From: Malacoraja senta
Taxonomy: Eukaryota
Length of the DNA stretch: 64,000 nt
NCBI GenBank assembly: GCA_038087875.1
Contig: CM075992.1
Coordinates: forward strand, 9,674,001-9,738,000
Reading direction: 5' to 3'
Positions 24,880-36,510 of this stretch are shown here, in pieces. Position numbers and translations under genes: made by a program. Numbering within the stretch: position 1 is the stretch's first letter; each line of letters opens with the position of its first letter. The notes beneath the pieces were generated by a model. That model had not been told where the DNA came from. It made no database searches and was given only the letters and a program-made list of their open reading frames with translations.

Positions 24880-25152
24880 GGCGCTTCACCTCCCTCTCAG
24901 CCCCTCCTCCCTCTCAGCCCCGCCTCCTTCCCAGGCCCGCCTCCTTCTCAGCCCCGCCTCCATCTCAGCCCCTCCTCCCTCTCAGCCCCTCCTCCCTCCC
25001 GGCCCCTCCTTCTCAGCCCCACCTCCTTCTCAGCCCCTCCTCCCTCTTAGTCCCTCCTCTTGCTCCCTCTCTCTCACAGCCCCTTCTTGGCCCCTCCTCC
25101 CCCTCAGACCCTCCTCCCTCTCGGCCTCTCCTCTGTCTCGGCCCCTCCTCTC
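24880..25152. repeat. ~17-bp polypyrimidine minisatellite (CTCAGCCCCTCCTCCCT)n
   Basis: Repeated unit seen directly, inside a GC-rich repeat at 24640-25600. Confidence 0.85.
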
Positions 25153-25816
25153 TCGCGGCAGTGTAGGTCCCGTCCACGCCAGTTTGTGCCGTCGGTCAGC
25201 ACCCGGTGATCCCGTGTCCTCTGTCCGCGGTGAGCATCGGTCCATGGTGGGTGAGCCGGGACCACCGGTGGGCAGGTACAGAAATCGCTATCAAAACATG
25301 GGGTGACACAATTTCTTCGCGGCCGCACGCACATGCATGTGCACACATGCGAGGCTTCAGCCGTGGGCCCTGTGGACGGTACACATCGGGAGCTGACCTG
25401 GTTGGTGACCGACTCTGAACTCCAGCAATAGCAGCTTCATCCGCCCCGAATCGTGGGGCTTGAATCGGCCTGTTCACGGGGTCTTTCATCGGCCGGTGGT
25501 GGCTTCAACATTGGGAGCCTCGATCGCCTCGATGCAGCAGTCTGATTTTAAGCCGCGCCGGGCGATGAAAGGCCCCGCGAACGGGCCGATTCACCCCTTA
25601 AAAAGCGTCTGATAAAGTCTGGATTACAAAACATGGATTTCTGCCCGTGCTGGTGGGTCCTCCACCGTCGGTCGGTGCCGGGCAATCCCCGGTTCTCTGA
25701 CTGCGGCAAGCGATCCTCGGTGCACTGCGGGCGTCTGGGACCTCCCTCCTCAGTAGGCACCAAATGCTGGAGTAACTCAGCAGGACAGGCAGCATCTCTG
25801 GAGAGAAGGAACGGGT

Positions 25817-25844
25817 GACGTTTCGGATCGAGACCCTTCTTCAG
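25817..25844 (-). ncRNA. Minimal hammerhead ribozyme motif
   Basis: Reverse complement CTGAAGAAGGGTCTCGATCCGAAACGTC (G-U wobble in helix II). Confidence 0.6.
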
Positions 25845-26384
25845 ACACATTTTGTCTCCTCCATCGTTGGTCCATGGTGGCGAGCTGAGCCTTGCCATGT
25901 AGTCCATTGATGAACGAAGTCAGAAGATAATTACATACATCGATGGGCCAGGACAGTTCTTGTTGCCAGCAAAATGCCTGACAGTACAACTGTTGGAAGG
26001 ATGCTCTATTTACTCATGTGGAAAGAATTTGTTGGGGAACCACCATTTTTCAGAATTAATCTCATCAGCAGTCAAGTTTTTTTCTGCAAATGTGAACATG
26101 AAAGTGAATGTAAAATTATTTGGCATTGTCCTAGAAGCAGATCAGAATATCATAATTGTGCAAAGTGAGTTCCAAAAGCATTTAAAGTATTTTATTCAAT
26201 CTATTGTTTATATTTTCAATTACTACCGAACAGCCAGTGCTGGCAAGATCCGCTGCTTGTCATCATCTTGACTCAAACTAATTCAACTTAATTTAATTCA
26301 ACACAACCCAGAAAAATCCAACACAAGTCAGACCAACCCTGCCCTGCAGCCGCAGTGGCCATCTTATTCATGCGTTGTGTAGTT

Positions 26385-26668
26385 TACTTTAGTTTAGAGA
26401 TACAGCGCGGAAACAGGACCTCTTCCACTGATTCCGCACCGACCAGTGATTCCTATTCACTAGCACTTTCCTACACACACTGGGGACAATTTATAATCTT
26501 TACCGAAACCGATTAACCTACAAACCTGTACATCTTTGGAGAGTGGGAGGAAACTCATGCAGGTCACGGGGATAATGTACAAACTCCGCACAGACAGTAC
26601 CCGTAGTCAGGATGGAACCCTGGTCTCTGGCGCTGTGAGGCAGCGACTCTACCGCTGCGCCACCGTGC
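26385..26668 (-). mobile_element. HE1 SINE
   Basis: Reverse-complement consensus match. Confidence 0.85.
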
Positions 26669-27165
26669 AAGGAACGGCAGGTTCTTTGATGATGCTAATA
26701 CTTTATTGTCACCGACAAAGTACACAAAAGAGTCGCAACAAAGGCGGCGACAAATTACAAAAAGTACTCATCCCCTCTTCAAACCCCCCACCACCACCAC
26801 CACCACCACGCTGGGTCCCCCTTTGTTCTGGGTGACGCAGCCCTTCAACCTCGGCCCGATCACCGGATCTCCGACGTCGCACAGCGCCGGCTTCTCCAGA
26901 TCATCGGAAGAAGGATGGCAACCCGAACCGTCACCTATCTGTGTTCTCCAGAGATGCCGCCTGACCCGTTGAGTTACTCCAACACTTTGTGTCTTTTGAC
27001 TACGCGAAGAATGTTTGACTGCGAACAATGTAAGAAGATTAATTGGGATTTAATTTGCATTTATTGAAAACTCATTTGGAGAATCTACTTCCCTTGTTTC
27101 CTTCTCCGCTTCAATAAAAGCAAATCTTCATGAAGATTGGAAATACGGAGAAGGTAGAATTTGTG

Positions 27166-28480
27166 CGGCACAGTGGCGCAGCGGTAGAGTTGCTGCCTCA
27201 CAGCGCCAGAGACCCGGGTATGATCCTGACTTCGGGTGCTGTTTGTACGGAGTTTGTACGTTCTCCCCATGACTGCGTGGGTTTTCTCCGGGTGCTCCAG
27301 TTTCCTCCCACATTCCAAAACGCTGCAGTTCTGTCACTGCCCGTGTGCGCGACTTTGGCGCCTTTGAGAGGGGGGCGGGTTTAAAATGCGGTATTTCGGC
27401 AGCCTGTTCTAAACGATCTTGAACAGGCTAAATAGTTGATGAAGAAAAATCGCTTCGACTGACGTTTTATTAAGTTTATTAAAATTAGCGCTGGATAATT
27501 AAATTGTTGGAGTAAAATTAAAATCATCTTCAAATGCCATCAACGCCGACAACGGGACGGATTTCATGCACGGGACAAGGCAAGGTACGCCGTTTATTTT
27601 TTCATATAAACTTGCTTCTTAGGATGCCTTTAATAAAAATTTCAAGTTGCGAAAATGTGATTATTTAAATATACCAACCGGCAGTATTTTTCCTGCCGAT
27701 ATTGGGGTTTAACTCAGTGCAACCGCAGCGTTCCAAACCAGCGCGTTCCACAAAAACCCACTCGCAAGATGATTTAAATGGCCATTAATTTACAGGAATT
27801 AAACACTAAATTCCTTCCATTTGGCCTATAAATTAATGACAATGAGATTTAAAAGTAATGTTATATTGTGAATTCTTGTGTGAATGTTATTTGGACACTT
27901 AGGCTTTTTAAAAATGTTAACTTTTTCTTAAGAAATGGATAGATATTTAGATCTAGCAATTGAATTTTGTAATTAGCTACAATTGGGTAACTAACTAATT
28001 ATATGCTTTAATTTCAGGTCATCCAAGTAAGATTGTTTCATATTTGTTTCAGAATGCTTCATTCTATAATAACTGAAAATTTCATTGTTCTCTTAATTTT
28101 TAAGAATGTTATGGGCTTTTGACTGTCCTTGATCACAGCTTTTGTGTTAAGTCAATGGAAAAGCAATAGGGAACAAGGTGCTAATTTCCGAGTATGAAAA
28201 TGGCCATAACCTTTTTAATACTGAAGATATGAAAGTGAATTAGGTGTCAAATTAAACTTATTTTTATGCTTTATCTGATGGGATAAATTGCAGACTTGAT
28301 TTCTAAAATGTCAAAATTTTGTAACATTGCTACGTACAGGTTTGTAGGTTAATTGGCTTTGGTAAAAATTGTACATTGTCCCTAATGTGTAGGATATTGC
28401 TAGTGTATTGGGATCGCTGGGCAGCACGGACTTGATGGGCCGAAGGGCCTGTTTCTGTCCTGTGTCTTTAGATGAACTAA
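27166..28480 (+). mobile_element. HE1 SINE split by a ~1-kb AT-rich insertion (~27323-28331)
   Basis: SINE stops at CCCACATTCCAAAACG and resumes at CGTACAGGTTTGTAGG. Confidence 0.8.
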
Positions 28481-28583
28481 ATTGGAGGAATGAAGAGGCT
28501 TCAGATGGTGAGGTGGGCTGGAGGACACTCAGAAGAGAGTAGTCCGTGGAGGGATTGAAAACAAAGATAAGAATTGCATGGTC

Positions 28584-29509
28584 AATAATAATAATAATAA
28601 TAATAATCATTTTATTTACTGGCGCCTTTTTAAAACCCAAGGACACCTTACAATGCATAGAATCACAAAAAAAAAATACAAAACACATAATCGGAATAAA
28701 TTAAATATAAAAACACCACAGTACACAAATCAAGGACAGAATTCAATTTCAAGAGCACCAAAAGAAAATAAGAAACACAATTTGAGGAGAGAGCAGCGGC
28801 GACCAATTCGCGCCAGCGTCCACTCTCCCCTCCGACCGCCATCTTGCACACGGACTGACAGGCACAGCACACAAAATCATCCCCCCACAATGACCACCAC
28901 TGTGGGGGAAGGCACAATGTCCAGTCCCCAACCCAGTTCTCCCCAGAGTCAGGCCCATCGAGGCCACCACAGTTGCCTCTACGGAGGCCCGATGTTCCTG
29001 GCCATCGGGAGAGTCCTCGGAGCGGCTGGAACGGCCGGTTTCCCGACGGAGTCGATGGCACCTGAAGCCGACAGGGCCGCGCCGATTTGGAGCCACGAGG
29101 CTCACAATGTTGGAGTCGGCGCCGCCGCCCGCAGCTGGTCGCTCCGCAGTCCCGCAGCCCGGAGGTGTTGGTGTCAGCGGTCAGCTCCAGCGCGTCGATC
29201 CAGCGCGGCGACCCAGGCAAGGCATCGCCCGCTCCGCTCCACGATAGCGCTCCAGCGCTGTGCCACCACCGAAGCTGAAGGTGCTGGGCGGTCCCCGTCA
29301 GGAAACGGTAGGCCACGAGGACGGGTCGACGAGGCAGCCCGGAGAAAAAGCTGCCTCACCGACCAGGTAGGGACCTAGGAATAGTTTCCCCCTTACCCCC
29401 CCACATTAAAAGTCAAAATCCCCCAAACAAACAAAGAAATAAAAAACACCAAAACAAAAGAAAGAGTGAATTTGACGGACGGCTGCTGTTTAGCAGCCCT
29501 TCCTCCAAG
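28584..29509 (-). mobile_element. Non-autonomous CpG-rich retroelement with L2-like 3' end and (ATT)n tail
   Basis: Minus strand ends TGTAAGGTGTCCTTGGGTTTTAAAAAGGCGCCAGTAAATAAAATG(ATT)n; ATGGTC duplicated at 28578-28583 and 29510-29515. Confidence 0.65.
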
Positions 29510-30489
29510 ATGGTCCAGGAATGTGTGTGTGTGCGAAGGACGATGTAGTGAGGTATGATGTAGCCGGAGAACTTTGGAGCTTAGGGTATAAGATTGCAGA
29601 AAAAGTCCGTTCAGCCCAACTCTTTTTGGAGGCCTTCCGTGAACGCTGGTCGCCGCGGGGGGGTCGAGTGTTTTGTTGATAAAGTTCGCGTTATTTTTAA
29701 TTTGATGATCGTTTGTTTGTAAAACTGTCAACATAGGCAGTCTTTGATTGTGTTAATTTGTATATATATATATTTTTGAATGAAAGTATCTGTACAATAA
29801 AAAAATAATAAAATATTTTTTTCCCCATCAAACGTAAGCCCGCCCGTACTCCATATCCGGCCCATATCTTTCCAAGCCTTACATAGACACAAAAAGCTGG
29901 AGTAACTCAGCGGGTTGGGCAGCGTCTCTGGAGAAAAGGATTAGGTGCCATTTTGGGCCAAGGCCCTTCTTCAGACTGAGAGTCAGGGGAATGGGAACCG
30001 AGGGATATAGAAGGTACATAGGACAAATGAAAGTAAAATATGCATAGAGCAATGACGATCAAGGTAAGGTGGAGCCCACAATGGTCCATTGTTCAGTTTT
30101 CCAAGCCGTGCCTGTTTAAGTGTCTGAATAAATATAGTGATTATATCTGATTCTCCACCTCCTCTGACAGAGTTTGAAATAGAGTCATAGATTTCTAGAG
30201 TCATGGAATTATAGTAAGTAAGTAAGTAAGTTTATTGGCCAAGTATTCACATACAAGGAATTTGCCTTGGTGCTCTGCCCACAAGTAACAACATGACCAT
30301 ACAGTGACAGTTACGAATCTCAGAAAACACTAAACATTAATAATAATAACAAAACATTAATGATAAAACACCATTGATCATGCATGTGAAGCAACAAAAT
30401 ACCAGATCAATGCGAGGCTACAGATTTTTGGCTAAGTAGAGCAACTACTCGTGGATAAATACTGTCTTTATGTATGAGTCACACAGCAC

Positions 30490-31018
30490 GGACGCAGGCC
30501 CAGTGCTCCATCTCATTGGGGACGCCTCCCAGCAGGTCATGGCGGAACCGAAGCCAGAGCCTCGTGGGTCGGAGCCTGCGGCCGACGGAGATAACGGAGC
30601 CTGGGTCGACAGAGTCAGTGGGTGGGGCCTTGGTCGGCGCTACGGAGGCGTCCGGAGAGGACCCGGCAGCGACAGTGGAGAAGTCGGCGTGGCGGTTGAT
30701 GATGGTGCCGACCGACGGACACGTGGAAGTGAGGACGCCGCTGCCGAGAGAAGGAACAAAGGGGGGAGAACAATGGACACAATGGACAATGGGGGACCTG
30801 GTGTGTGTGTGTGTGGGGGGGGGGGGGGTGGCCACCGTGAGGAGGAGGGAGGGGACAAAGGGGGACCTGGTGCAGATAATTTGTAACTTTGTAAGCGCCC
30901 CTTATGTGGCGACTATTTGCATACCTTGGGTGAGCAAGCAAAGGATTATACTGTGACTTGTCACTTGTCACTTGTGACAATAAAGTATTTATTCATTCAT
31001 TCATCCATTCATTCATCC
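30490..31018 (+). mobile_element. CpG-rich non-autonomous element with Rex1-like tail
   Basis: Ends TGTGACAATAAAGTATTT(ATTC)n, resembling the Rex1 3' ends at 6080 and 14205. Confidence 0.5.
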
Positions 31019-33445
31019 ATGCCAAACAAGATGCCTCATCAAAGCTAGTCCCATTTGCACGCATTCAGCCCAAATCCCTCTAAACCTTTCTTATCCATGT
31101 CCCTGTTCGAATGTATTTTAAATGTTGTGTTATTACCTGCCTCAACTACCTCCTCTGGCAGCTCGTTCCATACACCCACCACCCTCTGTTGGACAAGTTG
31201 CTCCTCTAGTTCCCATTACATTTTCCCCTCTCACTTTAAACCCATGTCCTCTTGTTCTTGATTCCCTCTCCGAGGTAAAAGATTCTACTTTATACCCCTC
31301 GATAAGATCACCCCTCAGCCCTCCTGTGATCCAAGGAATAAAGTTTCAGCCTGGCTGGACCTGTCCAAATAGCTCTGGATTTATTTACAATTCAGAGATA
31401 CAGGATGGAAGCAGGCCCACTGAGTCCACGTCTATTAGGAACGGGGTACCGATTGTGGATGATCAGGCATGATCACATTGAATGGCACTGCTGGCTTGAA
31501 GGGCCAAATGGCCTACTCCTGCACCTATTGTCTATTGTCCATTGTCTATCCACCAATCACCCATTCACATGCGTCCTCTCACACTCCCTGCACACTAGGG
31601 ACAGTTTATGGAAGTGACTAAACTACAAACCTGCATGTCTTTGGGATATGGGAGGAAACGAGGTGTTGCCCGACCTACTGAGTGCTTCCAGCAAACTTCT
31701 CTTTCATCGTTTTTTATTTCAGATTTCCAGCATCAGCAGGTTTTTTATAATTGTCACTCTTTTGGGAGCTGACATGGACCTGATGAACTGAGTGGTCTCA
31801 AAAGTTTGATGTGATTGAACAGTATGGATGGTTTGCAAAGTGCCAAAATACGATCACTAACATTGATTTTATCTCAGATTCTGCAGATCTTATCTTTAAG
31901 GTGCTGTCGGTACGGAGTTTGTACGTTCCCAGTGACCTGTGTGGGATTTCGCCGAGTACTCCGGTGTCCTCCCACACTCCAGAGATGTGCGGGTTTGTAG
32001 GTTAATTGGCTTCAGTAAAATTGTAAATTGTCCCTAGGGTGTGCAGGATAGTGTTAGTGTGTGGGGATTGCTAGTCAGCACCGGCTCGGTGGGCCGAAGG
32101 GCCTGTTTCCGTGCTGTATCTCTAAACTAAACAAAAAATTCCAAAACATAGCTGTAGATGAGAAACAAAGTCTTATTAACAAGAGTGCATCAACGTGCAC
32201 CAATCACCGTAGGGATTAGAACAGTACAGTACAGGGACAGGCTCTTTGGCCCCAATGTCTGAACCAAACATTATGCCTAGACCCACACTTATCTGCCTGC
32301 ATATCCAAAGATGTACAGAGGGCCAATGCAGAGCCCGTGGCTGGTACGACCAAGTCACTGTTCATCCCTTGCATTTAAACTACGGGATCAGCCTAGCTTG
32401 AGGGACTCTGCCAAATGCCTTATGAAAATCCATGTAGACAACATTGCCCGCCATATCCCTGCGATTTGTCGGTGATGTTTGGTTGTGCTATGTACCCTTT
32501 TGTTGCTGGCCTATTTGATTAACAGAGAGATGCAACCCTTGAGTCTGAGATATTGGTGTAGGTTTATTATTGTCATGTGTACCGAGATCCAGCGAAGTGC
32601 TTTGTTTATGTGCCATCCAGTCAAGCAGTGCTGAACTACTATCTACCTCATCGGGGACCCTCAATAGTTTATTTGTCACATATACAACTGCATTGTGAAA
32701 TTATTTTTGTGTATATTACACATGAGGGGGCCGCCATTTTTTGGTGCCATTATTCGAAGTCCGGTCGGCCCACACGCTCGATGTACTGGAGCAGTTCCCG
32801 TGAACCGACGTCTCTCTCCTCTCCTCGCCCAGCCATCTTTGTGTCTCGGGGGCGCCTCCTGCAGCTGACCCTGAAGGCTCTGGAGGCATCACCCCGGTTC
32901 ACCCACCCACCAGCCCTCGCTCCTCGTATCCGACGTCTCCAGCTCCCTCCTGGTCACGCCGACCGACGTGCTTTTGGGCGGACAACGCATCCGTGGGACC
33001 TTGGGAGACGGCAGGAGACTGGGTTTAGGAGGGAGAGATAGATCAGCCATCATTGAATGGCGGGGTAGACTTGTGGGGCTGAATGGCCTAATTCTGCTCC
33101 TATCACTTATGATCTTATGACCTGTCACCTGATAACAGCGGATAAGAACTGTTCCAGAATCTGGAGGTATGTGCTTTCCAACTTTCCTACCTACTTCCCA
33201 ATGGGAAACGGGAGAAGAGAGAACGATAAAGGTCCATGATTAAGTTGGCTGCCTTCCCGAGGCAGCGCAAAATGTAGTTAAAGTCAATGGAGGCGAGTCT
33301 CGTCTGTGTGATGGGCTGGGCTGCATCCACGTCTATGACTCGTTTGAACGTCTTGGCGTCTTGGGCAGAGCTGTTGCCAAACAAAGCTGTGAAGCATCCC
33401 GATGCGATGCTTTCTACCGTGCATCTGTAGACATTGACAAGCAGT

Positions 33446-33762
33446 CATCACGGTGGCGCAGCGGTAGAGTTGCTGCTTTACAGCTCTTGCAGCGCCGGAG
33501 ACCCGGGTTCGATCACGACTACGGGTGCTGTCTGTACGGAATTTGTACGTTCTCCCCGTGACTGCATGCGTTTTCTCCGAGAACTTTGGTTTCCTCCCAC
33601 ACTACAAAGACGTACAGGTTTGAAGGTTAATTGGCTTGGTGTATGTGTAAATTGCCCCTGATGTGTAAGATAGTGTTAATGTGCGGGGATCGCTGGTCGG
33701 TGCGGACAGTGTGGGCTGAAGGGCCTGTTTCCGCGCTGTATCTCTAAACTAAACTAAACTAA
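33446..33762 (+). mobile_element. HE1 SINE (inserted in a degenerate minus-strand Rex1 fragment, ~33130-33900)
   Basis: SINE consensus; flanking ORF FGNSSAQDAK..RV..AAQPITQTRL. Confidence 0.85.
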
Positions 33763-34496
33763 GTTGTTGGAGACACGTTGAACTCTCTTAGTCTTCTGAG
33801 AGAGTGGAGGCGTTGGTGTGCTTTCTCAGCTGCAGCTTTGGTGAGGCTGGTCCAGGACAAATTGTTGGGATTTTTACAAGGTCAGTCAGGATACTGAAGG
33901 AGAGGAGTGGTGGAGCAAACGTTATTGAGCCTGTTGAACTCTATGTCCTCAACTCACCCTTGGAGGGTGACTCTCTGCGGACGTGGCCGGTTCCCAATCA
34001 ATGCAGCTTGGACACGAACACTGATCCTGGGTGTGCTTGATCCACACACTCCCCTGGTCGCTCCGGCCACTACAGGGGGGGCCTGCAAGCTGCAGGCTGT
34101 CTCCCGACATTGGCAGTATAACCCACCCAGGGAATGAGAAGCGGAGACTTCCATTCAGGGAGGCTGCAATAAGCATTTTAAATTACAGTGCTTGGGAGTT
34201 TCGCTTTCTAATTGGAAACATCCACTCATTTGCACCTGACCATATTCCATGGCTTATCACCCCGGCCCTCCCATGGAGCTGCTCAAAGCCCCTTTGTTTC
34301 GACATGCATCAATGTACAATACAGATGCTGGCTGCAGATGTTCTGCGTGTGTGTGTGTGTCCATGAGCCAAGAGCGTTATATTGTCATATGTCCCAAACT
34401 ACTGAGAATGAAATTCCCACTTGCAGCAGCACAACAGAATATGTCAACATAGTACACTGTAGCTAATATAATAAATAAAAATACATTTGGTATATG

Positions 34497-34498
<2 letters not shown>

Positions 34499-34573
<75 letters not shown>

Positions 34574-34594
34574 ACGCACACACAAACACACACA
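34499..34594. repeat. (CA)n microsatellite
   Basis: More than 30 perfect CA units. Confidence 1.
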
Positions 34595-34894
34595 AAACAA
34601 AACAAACAATAATTCCTACAAAAAGACAAAACCAATGCTCCCAGGTTGACGTAGTTCAGAGCTTATTTGAGGTTGTAGGGTTACAGTTATTATGGTTCCA
34701 ATATCTTTGCATGTGTGTGTGTTGTTGGCATGTGTGTTTGCATGTGTTTGCATGTGTCTACATGCGTGTGTGTGTGTGTGTGTGTTTGTATGAGTGTTTG
34801 CATGTGTGTTTCCATATGTGTATGTGTTGATGTATGTTTGAGTGCGTATATGTGTTTGCATGTGTGTGTGTGCAGTCTGTGTTAGGGTAATTGA

Positions 34895-35260
34895 TCTTAT
34901 TGAGGTGGATAAAATCATGAGAGGAATAGATCGGGTAGATGCACAGGCTCTTGCCCAGAGTAGGGGAATCGAGGACCAGAGGGAATAGGTTTAAGGTGAA
35001 GGGGAAAAGATTTAATAGGAATCCGAGGAGTAACTTTTTCACACAAAAGGTGGTGGGTGTATGGAACAAGCTGCCAGAGTAGGTAGTTGAGGCTGGGACT
35101 ATTCAAACATTTAAGAAACAGTTAGACAGGTACATGGATAGGAGAGGTTTGGAGGGATATGGTCCAAATGTGGGCAGGTGGGACTCGTTTAGCTGGGACA
35201 TGTTGGCCGGTGTGGCCAGGTTGGGCCAAAGGGCCAGTTTCCGCACTGTATCACTTTATG
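34895..35260 (+). mobile_element. CR1/HER1 LINE 3' fragment
   Basis: Same subfamily as 14245 and 16500. Confidence 0.85.
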
Positions 35261-36258
35261 AGTACATGCATGTGCATGTGTGTGTGTGCATGCACGTATA
35301 TGCTTGCACTTTGCATGTGGGTGTGTGTGTGCGCACATTTGAATGTGCATTTGTGTGCTTATGTGTAGTTGTATGTGTGTGTGTGTGTGTGTGGGTGTGG
35401 GTGTGATGTGAGTATTTGTAGATGTTAGCTGTTTTGTGTGTGTGCCTGTGCATATGTGTGGGTGGATGCACTTTTAAAGGATCCAAAGTTGGAGTAACTG
35501 GTCGGGTCAGGCAGCATCTCTGGAGAGTCTAGATAAATGACATTGCAGATCACCTGTCCATGTTCTCCAGAGATGCTGCCTGACCCATTGAGTTACTCCA
35601 GCACTTTGTATTCTATGCAAGACTCGTTAGACTAACACTTCAGGCTACACTCTCGACTACATGCCGTCATGGGGAATGAGGTGCCAGTGATATGAGAATT
35701 GCTGAAAAACACTGGGTAGCCCACAAACCCATGGTATGAACATTGAAGTCTCCAATTTCAATTAAAACCCCTTCCTCTTCACCACCATCCTGATGTGCAC
35801 AGATTTCTCCCACCACCCAGTCATCCTGCTCTGATCTGATTTAGGACGGAGATGAGAAAAACATTCACACAGAGAGTGGTGAATCTGTGGAATTCTCTGC
35901 CACAGAAAGTAGTTGAGGCCAGTTCATTGGCTATATTTAAGAGGGAGTTAGATGTGGCCCTTGTGGCTAAAGGGATCAGGGGGTATGGAGAGAAGGCAGG
36001 TACAGGATACTGAGTTGGATGATCAGCCATGATTTTACTTTGGAGTCACGTGAGTGACTACATGAAGAGCCCGCCAGCCCGCATGCGCGTCATTACGTCT
36101 AACGCATGGCGCACGACTGGCTGGCAGGCGCATCGCTCCTCCAGCGGTAAGTTTCAAAACCTGAAAGTAAGTTTCAAACTTATTTTTCAGGTTTTTCTTG
36201 CAGGAAGCTCTTTTACAGAGTTCCTGCTGGATGTCATTCCGGTAAATCCTGTCCCCGT

Positions 36259-36510
36259 GGGGGGAAACCCGGCTCGGGGAAACCCGGCTGCGGAGACCGC
36301 GGGGAAGCCCGGCTCCGCGTGGGGAACCCCTACTCGGGGAAACCCGGCTGCGGAGACCGCGGGGAATCCCGGCTACACGTGGGAAGCCCTGCTCGGGGAA
36401 AACCCGGCTGCGGAGACCGCGGGGAATCCCGGCTCCGCGTGGGGAATCCCTGCTCGGGGAAACCCGGCTGCGAAGACCGCGGGAAATCCCAGCTCCGTGG
36501 GGAGACCCGG
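36259..36510 (+). repeat. 60-bp GC-rich tandem repeat x4 in the DIRS 5' region
   Basis: AACCCGGCTGCGGAGACCGC recurs at 36281, 36341, 36401 and 36461. Confidence 0.95.

Noticed and set aside
24748..25306. Proline/serine-rich ORFs
   Set aside because: Translation of a polypyrimidine minisatellite.
28578..29378. 266-aa and 217-aa overlapping ORFs
   Set aside because: GC-rich repeat open on both strands with no recognisable domain.
34063..34086. CTCF-like CCGGCCACTACAGGGGGGGCC
   Set aside because: Spacing differs from the CCACYAGRKGGC core by an insertion; not supportable from sequence alone.
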